Below, piece by piece: positions 34,747 to 42,716 of a stretch of 50,052 nt of DNA. Position numbers and translations under genes: made by a program. The stretch comes from a virus, in IMG/VR virus record IMGVR_UViG_3300027521_000001, positions 1-50,052 of that record; one strand, written 5' to 3'. Below the pieces are notes generated by a model, which saw nothing but the letters and a program-made list of their open reading frames with translations, was not told the DNA's origin and did no database searches. Numbering within the stretch: the first letter of the stretch is position 1; each line of letters begins with the position of its first letter.

Positions 34747-35840
34747 GCCTCGACCGCCTCCGCCGCCATAGACCCCGACCCGAGATGGTAGACCTTGGCA
34801 TCGCTCGGGACCGCGATGTCCACGTCCTTGAAGACGCCGCTGGTGTCATGGTAGTGCGCCACGCCGTTGCTGACGGTCACTGCAGCATGGTCACCCGCCT
34901 CTCGCTGGCGGCCCCAGGGAGGCGCAGGCGCGAACTCTCTCTCGGCCATCTCGTCTTCCTCGCTGATGAGAACGGCGCGGGTGTTCGGATCGACCTCTTT
35001 CTCCTGGATCACCATCTTCTTCGTGGCGCCGATGTACAGCGTCGTCGGCGTGGCGACCACCGTCTTCGGATTGGCGAGTGGGCGCAGCATTCCGACCTGA
35101 ACTTGCGGCATGAGAGCGCCGATCAGCATCCGGTCCCAGGTGGGAGGAGTGAGCGTCAGCTTTGCGCTGCGTCTCGAGATGAGGTCCGACCACTCATCGA
35201 CAAAGCCGCGCTGCTCGCGACCACCAACGGCGGTCCTCTGCCCTCTGATCGGCGCTCCCGACACAGCCCAGAAGCGGTAAGAGTCCAGGCGGTCGAACGC
35301 CAGCCCTATCAAGCTCGGCGGCCCGAAGCGGACGAACACGTAATCGGCGCCCCGGCTCATCGCCCAATAGTCGTTCCCGCAGCCGATTTCGAGCCCGTCC
35401 AGGCCGAGCGTGTCCCGCTCCTCGGTCAGCCAGGCGATTGCAGCGGCATCGGCGCCGGGCTCGCCGGCGGCGACACCGCAGCCGAGGCGCAAGGCGATGT
35501 GATTGAAGGAGCCGCCCCGCCGAGCCGCGTCCTCGAGTTGCGCGATCTCGTAGGCGTCCCAAGGCTTGTCCCCGAACGGCACGACCTGGCCGCCCTGCCA
35601 CTGCGCGTGCGGGTTGAACGGGTGCGGCACGGTATGGGGCGGCGCGACCCGGAGGATGTTCAAGAGCGAGCAGATGAGATTCTGCTCTGGTTTCATGTTG
35701 AAGCCTGCCGGAGTTCCCGGCGGCGTCGGCTTTTTCTTGGGCGGCTGCGGATGCGTGGGCGGCCGCGTGGGCGCCTTCTTCGCGGGCCCGGCCTTCTTGC
35801 CTGCGGGCGGCTTGCTGTGCTGCGGGGGCTTCGAGGACAT
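34743..35840 (-). CDS. Protein with a Lys/Pro-rich N-terminal tail, unknown function
   Basis: The start was chosen 6 nt after GGAGG (MSSKPPQHSKPPAGKKAGPAKKAPTRPP...). The 300-aa globular part has no motif I recognise. Confidence 0.72.
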   Translation of the reverse strand: MSSKPPQHSKPPAGKKAGPAKKAPTRPPTHPQPPKKKPTPPGTPAGFNMKPEQNLICSLLNILRVAPPHTVPHPFNPHAQWQGGQVVPFGDKPWDAYEIAQLEDAARRGGSFNHIALRLGCGVAAGEPGADAAAIAWLTEERDTLGLDGLEIGCGNDYWAMSRGADYVFVRFGPPSLIGLAFDRLDSYRFWAVSGAPIRGQRTAVGGREQRGFVDEWSDLISRRSAKLTLTPPTWDRMLIGALMPQVQVGMLRPLANPKTVVATPTTLYIGATKKMVIQEKEVDPNTRAVLISEEDEMAEREFAPAPPWGRQREAGDHAAVTVSNGVAHYHDTSGVFKDVDIAVPSDAKVYHLGSGSMAAEAVEA

Positions 35841-35842
35841 GC

Positions 35843-36400
35843 TCATCCTCCTAGAAGTTCTGCGGTGATCTCCACGATGCGCGGAGTCCACTTCCCGTCG
35901 ACCTTGCGCCAGCCGAAGATGGAGAGGCGGTTGCCGTGCGCAAGCCAGCGCAGCGCGAGGCTTCTTTTAGCTTCCTCGTGAGCGCGTCTCTTGCCGGCCG
36001 CAGGAAACTTTACGCTCCCCGCCTTGATCTCCTTGACGTGCGCACTGACGCCGGAGTAGGCACAGCATTGCGCTCCAAGGCAACCGGGTTTCCCGTCCAG
36101 GCACAGAACGTCGATGAAGCCGAAGAGGTCTACGCGGCGGCCGGGAGAGCCTTGCGGCAATTGTGGTAGCGATCGCTCGATGACTCCGGCAAGGTGGCGA
36201 ATCGTTTCAGCCTCCACGGGCCGAGCGGTGGCCCTGAGATTCGCGCTCTCCCGCAAGTAGGTGATGGCAGACAGCATCCCGGCGCGCTCTCCCTCCGCAT
36301 GCGGATCGCGCGTCAGCACCCACCGCTCTACCACCTGCGCGAGAAAGCCCTGCTCGCGGAGGTAGCGAAGGGTGAGCTGCGTTGGGGAGGCGCCGGGCAT
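35843..36400 (-). CDS. PD-(D/E)XK-like nuclease / Holliday-junction-resolvase-like protein (tentative)
   Basis: Internal ATG (MPGASPTQLTLRYLREQGF...). The pattern E-x-W...DLFGFIDVL...GAQCC resembles small phage resolvase-like nucleases but lacks a clear Lys. Confidence 0.5.
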   Translation of the reverse strand: MPGASPTQLTLRYLREQGFLAQVVERWVLTRDPHAEGERAGMLSAITYLRESANLRATARPVEAETIRHLAGVIERSLPQLPQGSPGRRVDLFGFIDVLCLDGKPGCLGAQCCAYSGVSAHVKEIKAGSVKFPAAGKRRAHEEAKRSLALRWLAHGNRLSIFGWRKVDGKWTPRIVEITAELLGG

Positions 36401-36401
36401 C

Positions 36402-36686
36402 TCAGTCTCGCTGAGCGTTCTCGGCGATGATGCGAACCATCTCGCGGGCACCGTCCGTGGCGCAGGTGCAGGTCGCGAGGTGCCTTCCGATCGCACTCCA
36501 CTGCCAGAGATCGCCCCGTCCTGGCGAATTGGCGCTCTGCTCGAAGGTGCGACCAATCCTTGCGCACTCAACAAAGAACCGCGCTTGGCTATCGTCGTCA
36601 AGCTCGCAGAAGGCGGCGGCCAGATCGGCCACGGTCAATTGGATCGGCACTTCCTTCCTGATGATGACCGTGCGCGGCGGGTTCAT
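36402..36686 (-). CDS. Hypothetical protein
   Basis: 94 aa with balanced composition. Confidence 0.6.
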   Translation of the reverse strand: MNPPRTVIIRKEVPIQLTVADLAAAFCELDDDSQARFFVECARIGRTFEQSANSPGRGDLWQWSAIGRHLATCTCATDGAREMVRIIAENAQRD

Positions 36687-36910
36687 TCGTCGGTCTTCTT
36701 CGCCGCGTCCAGCACTTCCTTGGCGAACCCCGCAAGGGTCTCGAGCGCGGTCGCGATGCGCTCCAACAGCTTCTCCATCCGGTCCTGCGCGTCGTCTTCC
36801 ATGGGTATGGGCTTTTCGCTCCTCAAGGTTACGCGCGTTGCCCCGATCCGCTGAAGTGGGACGGCTCCTACGTGCAATCGCCGGTCACTAGCCGAGTGCG
36901 ACTCGGCCAT
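36683..36910 (-). CDS. First gene of the leftward operon, small acidic protein
   Basis: The ATG at 36910 starts 6 nt after the leftward -10. An alternative start lies at 36802 (MEDDAQDRMEKLL...). Confidence 0.5.
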   Translation of the reverse strand: MAESHSASDRRLHVGAVPLQRIGATRVTLRSEKPIPMEDDAQDRMEKLLERIATALETLAGFAKEVLDAAKKTDE

Positions 36911-36916
36911 GCCCTG

Positions 36917-36946
36917 AATCTACACCCGCCGCGTGCCGGCTGTCAA
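36917..36946 (-). promoter_or_regulatory. Leftward sigma70-like promoter TTGACA-18 nt-TAGATT
   Basis: Read on the minus strand: -35 at 36946..36941 and -10 at 36922..36917. The ATG at 36910 follows 6 nt later. Confidence 0.6.
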
Positions 36947-36955
36947 GCCCCCTGC

Positions 36956-36985
36956 TTGCAACTCGCCACCGACCTGCTGTAGACT
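36956..36985 (+). promoter_or_regulatory. Rightward sigma70-like promoter TTGCAA-18 nt-TAGACT
   Basis: -35 at 36956-61 and -10 at 36980-85. The two -35 boxes are back to back, 9 nt apart. The RHH gene starts 24 nt downstream, with AAAGGA ahead of it. Confidence 0.6.
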
Positions 36986-37009
36986 CTCCGCGAAAGGAAC
37001 TACGATTCC

Positions 37010-37186
37010 ATGGCGAAACCAAGCACCGGCAGGAAGACAATCGACCTGGGGCCGCTCGCTGCGGATGCGGAGAAGGCCCGCAAGGCCGGAGGCTTCACCA
37101 GTCTCGCGGAGATGATGCGGTCGCTCCTCCGCGACCATCTGGAACGAACGGCGCCGCGGCCGCGCATAAACAAGGAGGGCGCCTGA
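37010..37186 (+). CDS. Ribbon-helix-helix (CopG/Arc-like) regulator
   Basis: 58 aa, below the track cutoff; I translated it by hand. RKTIDL forms a beta strand and FTSLAEMMRSLLRDHLER the second helix. It is the first gene of the rightward operon. Confidence 0.6.
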   Translation: MAKPSTGRKTIDLGPLAADAEKARKAGGFTSLAEMMRSLLRDHLERTAPRPRINKEGA

Positions 37187-37872
37187 TGGACCCCGCAAGA
37201 AGAGAAGAGCTGCTGAAGAGATGGCCGGCGCCGTGGGCTGCTGCGGACCTCAACGGACCCTTCTACCTCGGTCCCTTAAAGGACCTCCCCGAGAGCCGGC
37301 CGGTGATCGTCTGCCTGTCCTCCCCGCCCTACGGCGACGGGAATGCCGACCTCGCAGCCCTCCTGGTCGAGGCGTGGAATGCGCACTTCGGCGCCAAGTC
37401 GCCGCAGTCCATCGAGGAAGCTTTCGCCGCTTCATTCCGCCAGATTTTTGAGCTGCTCGACGAAGCTCCTGCGGTCGCCACTCAGGATGAATTCGGGCGG
37501 CTGGTCTTGGAGCGCGTCCGCGCCTGGAAGCGCGATTCCGAAGAGCTGGTCGAGATCCGCAAGGAGGCCGATCAGGAAGTCGGCGATGTCCTCGCGCAGG
37601 CCTTCGCGGACCTCGCGCGCCAGGACTGCCGGCGGGCAGCGGACCGCCTTGCCGGGTGCTTCGACTGGTCCAAGGCCGAGACCGCGCTTGCCGCTGAGGT
37701 GATCTTCAGCGAGGTCCGCGGGCTGAGCAGGCCGCCCGCTTCTAGCGATCGGCAGGTCGCTACCGGTCGTTGCGTCGATTGCCACTACACAGCACCGCTC
37801 TGGTCGCTCACCAATGGCCTCCGGGTCTGTCCGTCCTGCCGATCCCACGCGATCGTGGAAGTGCCAGGATGA
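37186..37872 (+). CDS. Hypothetical early protein with a C-terminal CxxC...CxxC ribbon
   Basis: 228 aa with AAGGAGG upstream and a TGATG overlap with the RHH stop. Confidence 0.7.
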   Translation: MDPARREELLKRWPAPWAAADLNGPFYLGPLKDLPESRPVIVCLSSPPYGDGNADLAALLVEAWNAHFGAKSPQSIEEAFAASFRQIFELLDEAPAVATQDEFGRLVLERVRAWKRDSEELVEIRKEADQEVGDVLAQAFADLARQDCRRAADRLAGCFDWSKAETALAAEVIFSEVRGLSRPPASSDRQVATGRCVDCHYTAPLWSLTNGLRVCPSCRSHAIVEVPG

Positions 37873-37927
37873 CCACCACCGGCTTCTACGACGACATCCC
37901 GCACGCGAATCGAAAGGAGAGCGAACC

Positions 37928-38101
37928 ATGAAGCACGGCGGCTGTTTCGTCTGCAAGTCCACCTCTCAAACCATTCTCAGCAGCGGCATGCCGCGAGAGA
38001 GCGTCGTCGCCGGCCAGAAGGTCATGCAGGGAGCCGGCATCGCGGTCTGCGCTGACCCCGAGTGCCGGCGCCTCGTGGAGTTTGCGCGTGCCTCTCTCTG
38101 A
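37928..38101 (+). CDS. Small Cys protein (CFVC...C..PEC)
   Basis: Internal ATG of track ORF 37814..38101, with AAGGAGA 7 nt upstream. Confidence 0.5.
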   Translation: MKHGGCFVCKSTSQTILSSGMPRESVVAGQKVMQGAGIAVCADPECRRLVEFARASL

Positions 38102-39023
38102 GCAGCAAGCCGCCGCGCGCGCAAATGCCATCGGCGCCTCCGAGGTCGCGGCTCTCTTCAACTGCCATCCGCACCTCTCCCGCTTCGAGCTGTGGCACCG
38201 CAAGGCCGGGAATCTGCCGGAGGCGCAGGGCGGCAAGTGGGCGCCCTGGGGCGATCTCCTTGAGCCCGTCATCGCCAAAGCCATCGCCCGCGAGCAGGGA
38301 TGGGCCGTGCGAAAGGTGCGCCGCTACTGTCCGCATCCCTGGCTGATCGGTATGGGCTGCTCGCCCGACTTCGAGGTGAGCGAGAGCCAAGCCGTGCCGG
38401 CGTTCTCCGGCCTGCTGGAGATCAAGAACGTCGACCGCATGGTCTATCACCGCTGGCCGGATGGCGCGGCGCCGCTGCACTTCGAGCTTCAGGTGCAGCA
38501 TCAGCTCGCCTGCCTGCCGCGGCGCACCTGGGCGGCGCTCGGCGTTCTCGTCGGCGGCAACACGCCGCTCGTGCTGACCTACCATCGCCACGCCGGCGCC
38601 ATCAAGCGCATCGAGATCGAGGTCTCGCGCTTCTGGCAGAGCGTCCAGGCCGGCACCGCGCCAGAGCCCGACTTCGAGCGCGACTATCTCACGGTCGCGC
38701 AGCTCTACGGGACGGCGACGGAGGGGAGCATCCGCGACTTCCGCGGTGACAAGCAGCTCGCTGCGCTGTGCGCCGACTACGCGCAGGCGCAGCTCGACGA
38801 GAAGGCGACGAAAGCGAAGAAGGGCGCGGCCAAGGCGCGGATCTTGGAGCACATCCGCGACACCGAGACCGCGATCACCGATGGATTCAAAGTCTGCGCC
38901 TCCGAGGTGCCCGGCGGACCAGTCGCGGCCAGCGAGCGCGCAGGCTATCGCAGCTTCAGGGTGTTGACCCTTAGGGGAGTGGAGTATGGCAACGGAACCG
39001 ACGCAACCGAGAACGGCAGTTGA
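38082..39023 (+). CDS. YqaJ-like viral recombinase exonuclease
   Basis: IGASEVAAL...LW..K.G...LEP...LEIK...QVQHQL matches the YqaJ/lambda-Exo-type PD-(D/E)XK signature. It sits next to RecT. The TTG/GTG start is uncertain. Confidence 0.85.
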   Translation: MRVPLSEQQAAARANAIGASEVAALFNCHPHLSRFELWHRKAGNLPEAQGGKWAPWGDLLEPVIAKAIAREQGWAVRKVRRYCPHPWLIGMGCSPDFEVSESQAVPAFSGLLEIKNVDRMVYHRWPDGAAPLHFELQVQHQLACLPRRTWAALGVLVGGNTPLVLTYHRHAGAIKRIEIEVSRFWQSVQAGTAPEPDFERDYLTVAQLYGTATEGSIRDFRGDKQLAALCADYAQAQLDEKATKAKKGAAKARILEHIRDTETAITDGFKVCASEVPGGPVAASERAGYRSFRVLTLRGVEYGNGTDATENGS

Positions 39024-40158
39024 AGGGCGAGCTCTCGCCATCCGAGCGCAGGCCGATTCCGTGCGGGCGGTCCTGACGACGCCGGCGATGACGCAGCAGC
39101 TCCGCGCTGCTCTGCCGCGGCACCTCACACCCGAGCGCCTGGTGCGGCTGGTGATGACATCGGTGCAGCAGTCTCCGAAGCTCTTGGAGTGCGACCGGCA
39201 GAGCCTCTTCGCCGCGATCATGACCTGCGCGCAGCTTGGCCTAGAGCCGATTCTCGGCCGCGCCTACCTGGTGCCGTTCCGCGACAAGGTGCAGTTCATC
39301 GCGGGTTATAAGGGCCTGATCGACCTCGCCGTCAACAGCGGTGAAGTGACCAAGGTTTTTGCCAACATCGTCTATGCCGCGGATGAATTCGAGTACGAGT
39401 ACGGCGTCAACGAGAGGCTCTTTCACAAGCCGAGCGAGGCCGAGGACCGCGGCGAGATCACCCACGTCTACGCGCTCGCGTGGTTCAAGCGCGGCGGCCC
39501 TCCCTACTTCGAGGTGATGCTGCGGCGTGAGGTCGATGCGATCCGCGACAGGAGCCAGGGATGGCAGGCGTACAAGGCGGCGAAGATCAAAGAGAACCCA
39601 TGGCACACCGACTATCCGCAGATGGCCCGCAAGACCGGGATCCGGCGGATCTCTAACTATCTGCCGCTCGACGTCCAGAAGGCCATCGCCCTTTCGGATG
39701 CTCACGATCTCGGGCGCCATGGACACATCGACGCGCAGGGAGACCTGGTGATCGAGCAGCTTCCGGCGATCGACGGCAGCGCACCGCAGCCGGCGCCGCT
39801 GACCAGGCTCGACGCCTTCGCGGCGGAGGGCGATGCGCCGCCGGAAGAGCCTTTCGAGTTGTCCATGGACGACCTCCTAGAGAAGGCCGGCGCGTTACTG
39901 GCCGTACTCCCGAGCCAGAAGGCGAAGAAGGACGCGATGGCCGCGGCTTTCGAGGTTTCCACTTGGAAGGAAGCCCAGGCCCTCCCGCGCGAAAAGCTCG
40001 AGCACGGCCTCGCGCTCCTTCAGCGGGCGCGCCAAGAGAGCGATGACCAGGCGGAAGCGCACCGGCAGGCCATGGCCCAGAACGAGGAGAAGGCCGGCGT
40101 GCCGCGCGGGATCTCGCCGCAGGAACCGGCGCCGGGGAGTCAGGGGAGCTTGCTATGA
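38986..40158 (+). CDS. recT: RecT-family single-strand annealing protein with an acidic C-terminal extension
   Basis: SLFAAIMTCAQLGLEPILGRAYLVPF...IAGYKGLIDLA...W.TDYPQMARKT is typical of RecT. Confidence 0.88.
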   Translation: MATEPTQPRTAVEGRALAIRAQADSVRAVLTTPAMTQQLRAALPRHLTPERLVRLVMTSVQQSPKLLECDRQSLFAAIMTCAQLGLEPILGRAYLVPFRDKVQFIAGYKGLIDLAVNSGEVTKVFANIVYAADEFEYEYGVNERLFHKPSEAEDRGEITHVYALAWFKRGGPPYFEVMLRREVDAIRDRSQGWQAYKAAKIKENPWHTDYPQMARKTGIRRISNYLPLDVQKAIALSDAHDLGRHGHIDAQGDLVIEQLPAIDGSAPQPAPLTRLDAFAAEGDAPPEEPFELSMDDLLEKAGALLAVLPSQKAKKDAMAAAFEVSTWKEAQALPREKLEHGLALLQRARQESDDQAEAHRQAMAQNEEKAGVPRGISPQEPAPGSQGSLL

Positions 40159-40337
40159 AATGCCCCGGTCCATACCGGCGGATCTGGCGCCGAAAGGCGA
40201 CTGAGCTGCTGACGCTCGAGTGTGGACACGTTCTCCTCGCGAATCCCTACCGCCCGGCGCGCTTCGGTGCTTTCTGCCCGCACTGCCGAGAAGAGGCGGA
40301 GGTACAGGCGCGAGCCGCGCAAGGACTCCCGCCGTGA
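40155..40337 (+). CDS. Small Cys protein (C..P...CGH...CPHC)
   Basis: 60 aa with an ATGA overlap. Confidence 0.5.
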   Translation: MKCPGPYRRIWRRKATELLTLECGHVLLANPYRPARFGAFCPHCREEAEVQARAAQGLPP

Positions 40338-40546
40338 GGCTCCTGCTTGGCTTCGTCCTCCGCGCGAGCGATAAGACGCTCGGAAAGCAGCACGCCGTAC
40401 GCGACGACTGGCCGGCCAATTCTGTGCGGACCGAGAGGCGTTCGCTCTGCGGAATCGAGGTGACGCTCTCGGCGCGCTTGTTTACTGAAGCCTGTCAACC
40501 CTGCAAGCGCTGCGCAGTCGCAGCGAGGCGCCTGCCTCCATGGTGA
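40334..40546 (+). CDS. Small hypothetical protein (GTG start)
   Basis: GTGA overlap with the upstream stop. The C-terminus carries CQPCKRC. Confidence 0.4.
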   Translation: MRLLLGFVLRASDKTLGKQHAVRDDWPANSVRTERRSLCGIEVTLSARLFTEACQPCKRCAVAARRLPPW

Positions 40547-40725
40547 AAGATTTCTACACCGGCAGGCTCTACGCCGATCTTGGCCTAGCGCCGTTCCGGG
40601 TGGTGCATGGACAGAGGATTCACTTCCTCGAGATCTCCGGGCCGTACCTACCCTGGAAAGCTCTCTGCGGCGCGCATCACGATTGGGATCCGGGAGGCGC
40701 AAGGAGGACGCCTCCGCGACCGTGA
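40540..40725 (+). CDS. Small hypothetical protein
   Basis: 61 aa. Its stop overlaps the GTG of the HNH gene. Confidence 0.4.
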   Translation: MVKDFYTGRLYADLGLAPFRVVHGQRIHFLEISGPYLPWKALCGAHHDWDPGGARRTPPRP

Positions 40726-41177
40726 CCCCCGCCGCCTTCTTCGCTCGCTGCCGGCGCGATCCGAAGACGGGCTGTCTCATCTACTGCGGCGCGCGCTGTG
40801 GGGGGGGGTACGGCGAGGTCCGGCATCCAGGCGGTCGGCGAGAGGTCGCGCATCGCTTCGCCTGGAAGCTCGCCGGCCGCAGGATCACCAAGAAGCGGCC
40901 CGAACTCCGGCATACCTGCGACTGCCGCCCCTGCGTCGAGCTGGGCCATCTCCGCGCCGGGACCCACGCGCAGAACATGGCGGACATGGCCCGCAAGCGC
41001 CGCGGCAGGCGTTCCCGCCGGCGCCTCCCGCCTGGCGTCCAGCCCAACCGCGGCGACGGCTCCGGGAAGGGCTACCAGGCGCGGGTGAGCCTTGGCGGGC
41101 GACGGCTCCATCTCGGGACGTTCCCCTCGATCGCGGAGGCCCTGGCGGCGGTTGACGGGGCGCTCGGGAGGGCGTAG
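40722..41177 (+). CDS. HNH endonuclease with a C-terminal AP2-like domain
   Basis: GYGEV...AHRFAW...RHTCDCRPCVELGHLRAGTHAQN is HNH_3-type, and GYQARVSLGGRRLHLGTFPSIAEA is AP2-like. An alternative TTG start lies at 40683. Confidence 0.8.
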   Translation: MTPAAFFARCRRDPKTGCLIYCGARCGGGYGEVRHPGGRREVAHRFAWKLAGRRITKKRPELRHTCDCRPCVELGHLRAGTHAQNMADMARKRRGRRSRRRLPPGVQPNRGDGSGKGYQARVSLGGRRLHLGTFPSIAEALAAVDGALGRA

Positions 41178-41180
41178 AAT
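41152..41180 (+). promoter_or_regulatory. Sigma70-like promoter TTGACG-17 nt-TAGAAT
   Basis: It overlaps the HNH stop codon. About 135 nt separate it from the first usable start (GTG 41323) of the replication gene. Confidence 0.5.
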
Positions 41181-41322
41181 CAGGGTAAGTTTCGATGTAC
41201 CGGAGGAGGCCGCCAGCACCCCGGACAAGGCTTTCCTTCCGCTCCCTGGCGTCGGTCGCAGCCTGGCGGCCTCCCGGCCGGCACGGGGAGCGGGGTTTTC
41301 AGCGGTCCTGTCAGAAAGGCGG

Positions 41323-42201
41323 GTGCGCGTGTATCGGACTGTGGAGACCGGGGCCTGGGATGACCCCGAGGTCAGGCCGCTTTCACCGCAGGCGAAGCTC
41401 CTCTTCTTCTACCTCTTCACCAACCGGCACACCCACGTCTCGGGGATCTACTACCTCCTCCCGGTGACTGCCGCCGCCGAGACGGGGCTGCCGCTGCGCG
41501 TCGTGGATACCCTATGGGATACCCTATCCAAGGCAGAACTGGCTTGGTTCGACTCGAAATGCCTGGTCGTCTTCGTACGGAGCATGCTTCGACACCAAGG
41601 CCGCGGAGAGAAGAACGAGAGGGCCGCTGCGACCCAACTTGGAACGCTGCACAACTCCTTTCTTATCAGTAAGTTCCTTAGCGTCTACCCTTCGGTAGCG
41701 CGCTTCCTAGACGATAGGGTATCAGATAGGGTATCGAAGGGGGATCTTCCCCGCGCGCGCGAGGAGCAGGAGCAGGAACAGAAGAAGGAGCAGGAGCCCT
41801 CCACCCCCTTTCCCCCGCCCCCCACCGTCGCCGCTCGCGCGGCGAAGGGGGTGAGCGCACCGCCCAGCATTCCTCCCGAGCTGGACACCCCAGGCTTCGT
41901 GGATGCCTGGTCGAACTTTCTTGCTGAGCGTCGGCGCCGCAGGATCAAACCGTACACCGACGAAGGGATGCGTCAACAGTTCGAGCGATTAAAATTCTGG
42001 GGGCCTGCCGTCGCCGTCGAGCGAATCAAGCTCGCCATCGCCAACGGCTACCAGGGCATCCCGGAGCCGCAGGGGAACGGCCATGGCGGGAATGGCAAAC
42101 AGGGAACGTTGCGGCTCACTCCGGCCGAGCAGAGCCTTGAGCGGGAGTACCTGGCGCAGGGAATGCCGAGTCCGTTCCGCCGGCCTGAAGATGGGGCTTG
42201 A
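41323..42201 (+). CDS. Replication initiator / replisome-organizer-like protein carrying internal iterons
   Basis: GTG start in the frame of track ORF 41092..42201. The N-terminus AWDDPEVRPLSPQAKLLFFYLFTNRHTHVSGIYYL resembles phage replisome-organizer N-domains. It has an acidic EEQEQEQKKEQE linker and four iterons inside the gene. Confidence 0.65.
   Translation: MRVYRTVETGAWDDPEVRPLSPQAKLLFFYLFTNRHTHVSGIYYLLPVTAAAETGLPLRVVDTLWDTLSKAELAWFDSKCLVVFVRSMLRHQGRGEKNERAAATQLGTLHNSFLISKFLSVYPSVARFLDDRVSDRVSKGDLPRAREEQEQEQKKEQEPSTPFPPPPTVAARAAKGVSAPPSIPPELDTPGFVDAWSNFLAERRRRRIKPYTDEGMRQQFERLKFWGPAVAVERIKLAIANGYQGIPEPQGNGHGGNGKQGTLRLTPAEQSLEREYLAQGMPSPFRRPEDGA
41505..41528 (+). repeat. Iteron pair, forward orientation (GGATACCCTATG GGATACCCTATC)
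   Basis: Two adjacent 12-bp units read directly from the sequence. Confidence 0.9.
41713..41735 (-). repeat. Iteron pair, inverted orientation (GATAGGGTATC A GATAGGGTATC)
   Basis: These are the reverse complement of the GATACCCTATC core, 12-bp period. They lie about 185 bp from the forward pair, with a lower-GC stretch (CTTTCTTATCAGTAAGTTCCTTAG) in between. Confidence 0.9.
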
Positions 42202-42226
42202 CAAGCCGCTTGCACTCGCCTATCAT
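42198..42226 (+). promoter_or_regulatory. Sigma70-like promoter TTGACA-17 nt-TATCAT
   Basis: The -35 overlaps the replication gene stop. The ATG at 42233 starts 6 nt after the -10. Confidence 0.6.
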
Positions 42227-42232
42227 CCCTCC

Positions 42233-42418
42233 ATGGTCAGTCCAGAACAGCTCCGGGAAGTGATGGCCGAGCTTGGCCGCCGCGGTGGCAGCCGGCACAC
42301 TCCCGAGCAGATCAGGGCTCGCCGAGAGAACGGGCTGCGACGCCGCGGCCAGACCAAAAAGAAACTGGCCCCTGAAGCGTCGGGAACGCCGCAAGGGCCG
42401 CTGCCCACGAAGGAGTGA
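42233..42418 (+). CDS. Small basic protein (MVSPEQLREVMAELGRRGG...)
   Basis: Internal ATG of track ORF 42083..42418, placed as a leaderless start after the promoter. Confidence 0.5.
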   Translation: MVSPEQLREVMAELGRRGGSRHTPEQIRARRENGLRRRGQTKKKLAPEASGTPQGPLPTKE

Positions 42419-42422
42419 CTTC

Positions 42423-42716
42423 ATGAGCGAGAGCAAGAGTAGCACGGTCGCGGAGAAGCTGAAGCTCTGCCGCGGCTGTACCGATGACTTCTACAACCAC
42501 CGTGGCGCCGCCGCCGGTCCCTGCTGGTCGCTGAAGAGCGCGCGCAAGGTGCGCCGCTGGAAGCTCGGCTGGTGGACGAGCCCAACGCAACCCGCCGCCT
42601 TCGAGGAAGTGCGGACGCTCTCCTGCCATCACGAGCCCGGCAAGTACGCGTTCGCCGAGAAGCTGCCGCCCCACGCGATCGATCCGATTCGCCTCCCGAA
42701 GGCGGTGCGCCAATGA
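42423..42716 (+). CDS. Small Cys protein (CRGC...C...C)
   Basis: AAGGAG lies 8 nt upstream. It uses an internal ATG of track ORF 42273..42716. Confidence 0.6.
   Translation: MSESKSSTVAEKLKLCRGCTDDFYNHRGAAAGPCWSLKSARKVRRWKLGWWTSPTQPAAFEEVRTLSCHHEPGKYAFAEKLPPHAIDPIRLPKAVRQ

Noticed and set aside
37186-37872. The SSPPYG motif in the 228-aa early protein as a third DNA methyltransferase.
   Set aside because: There is no FxGxG SAM-binding motif or other MTase motif, and the sequence context differs from the beta-class enzyme at 28328. The match is likely coincidental.
41092-41467. The upstream extension of the replication gene (41092 start) and the alternative ORF 41195..41467.
   Set aside because: The extension overlaps the HNH gene and has no start codon between the promoter and GTG 41323. 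ORF 41195..41467 is Arg/Ser/Pro-rich and not protein-like.
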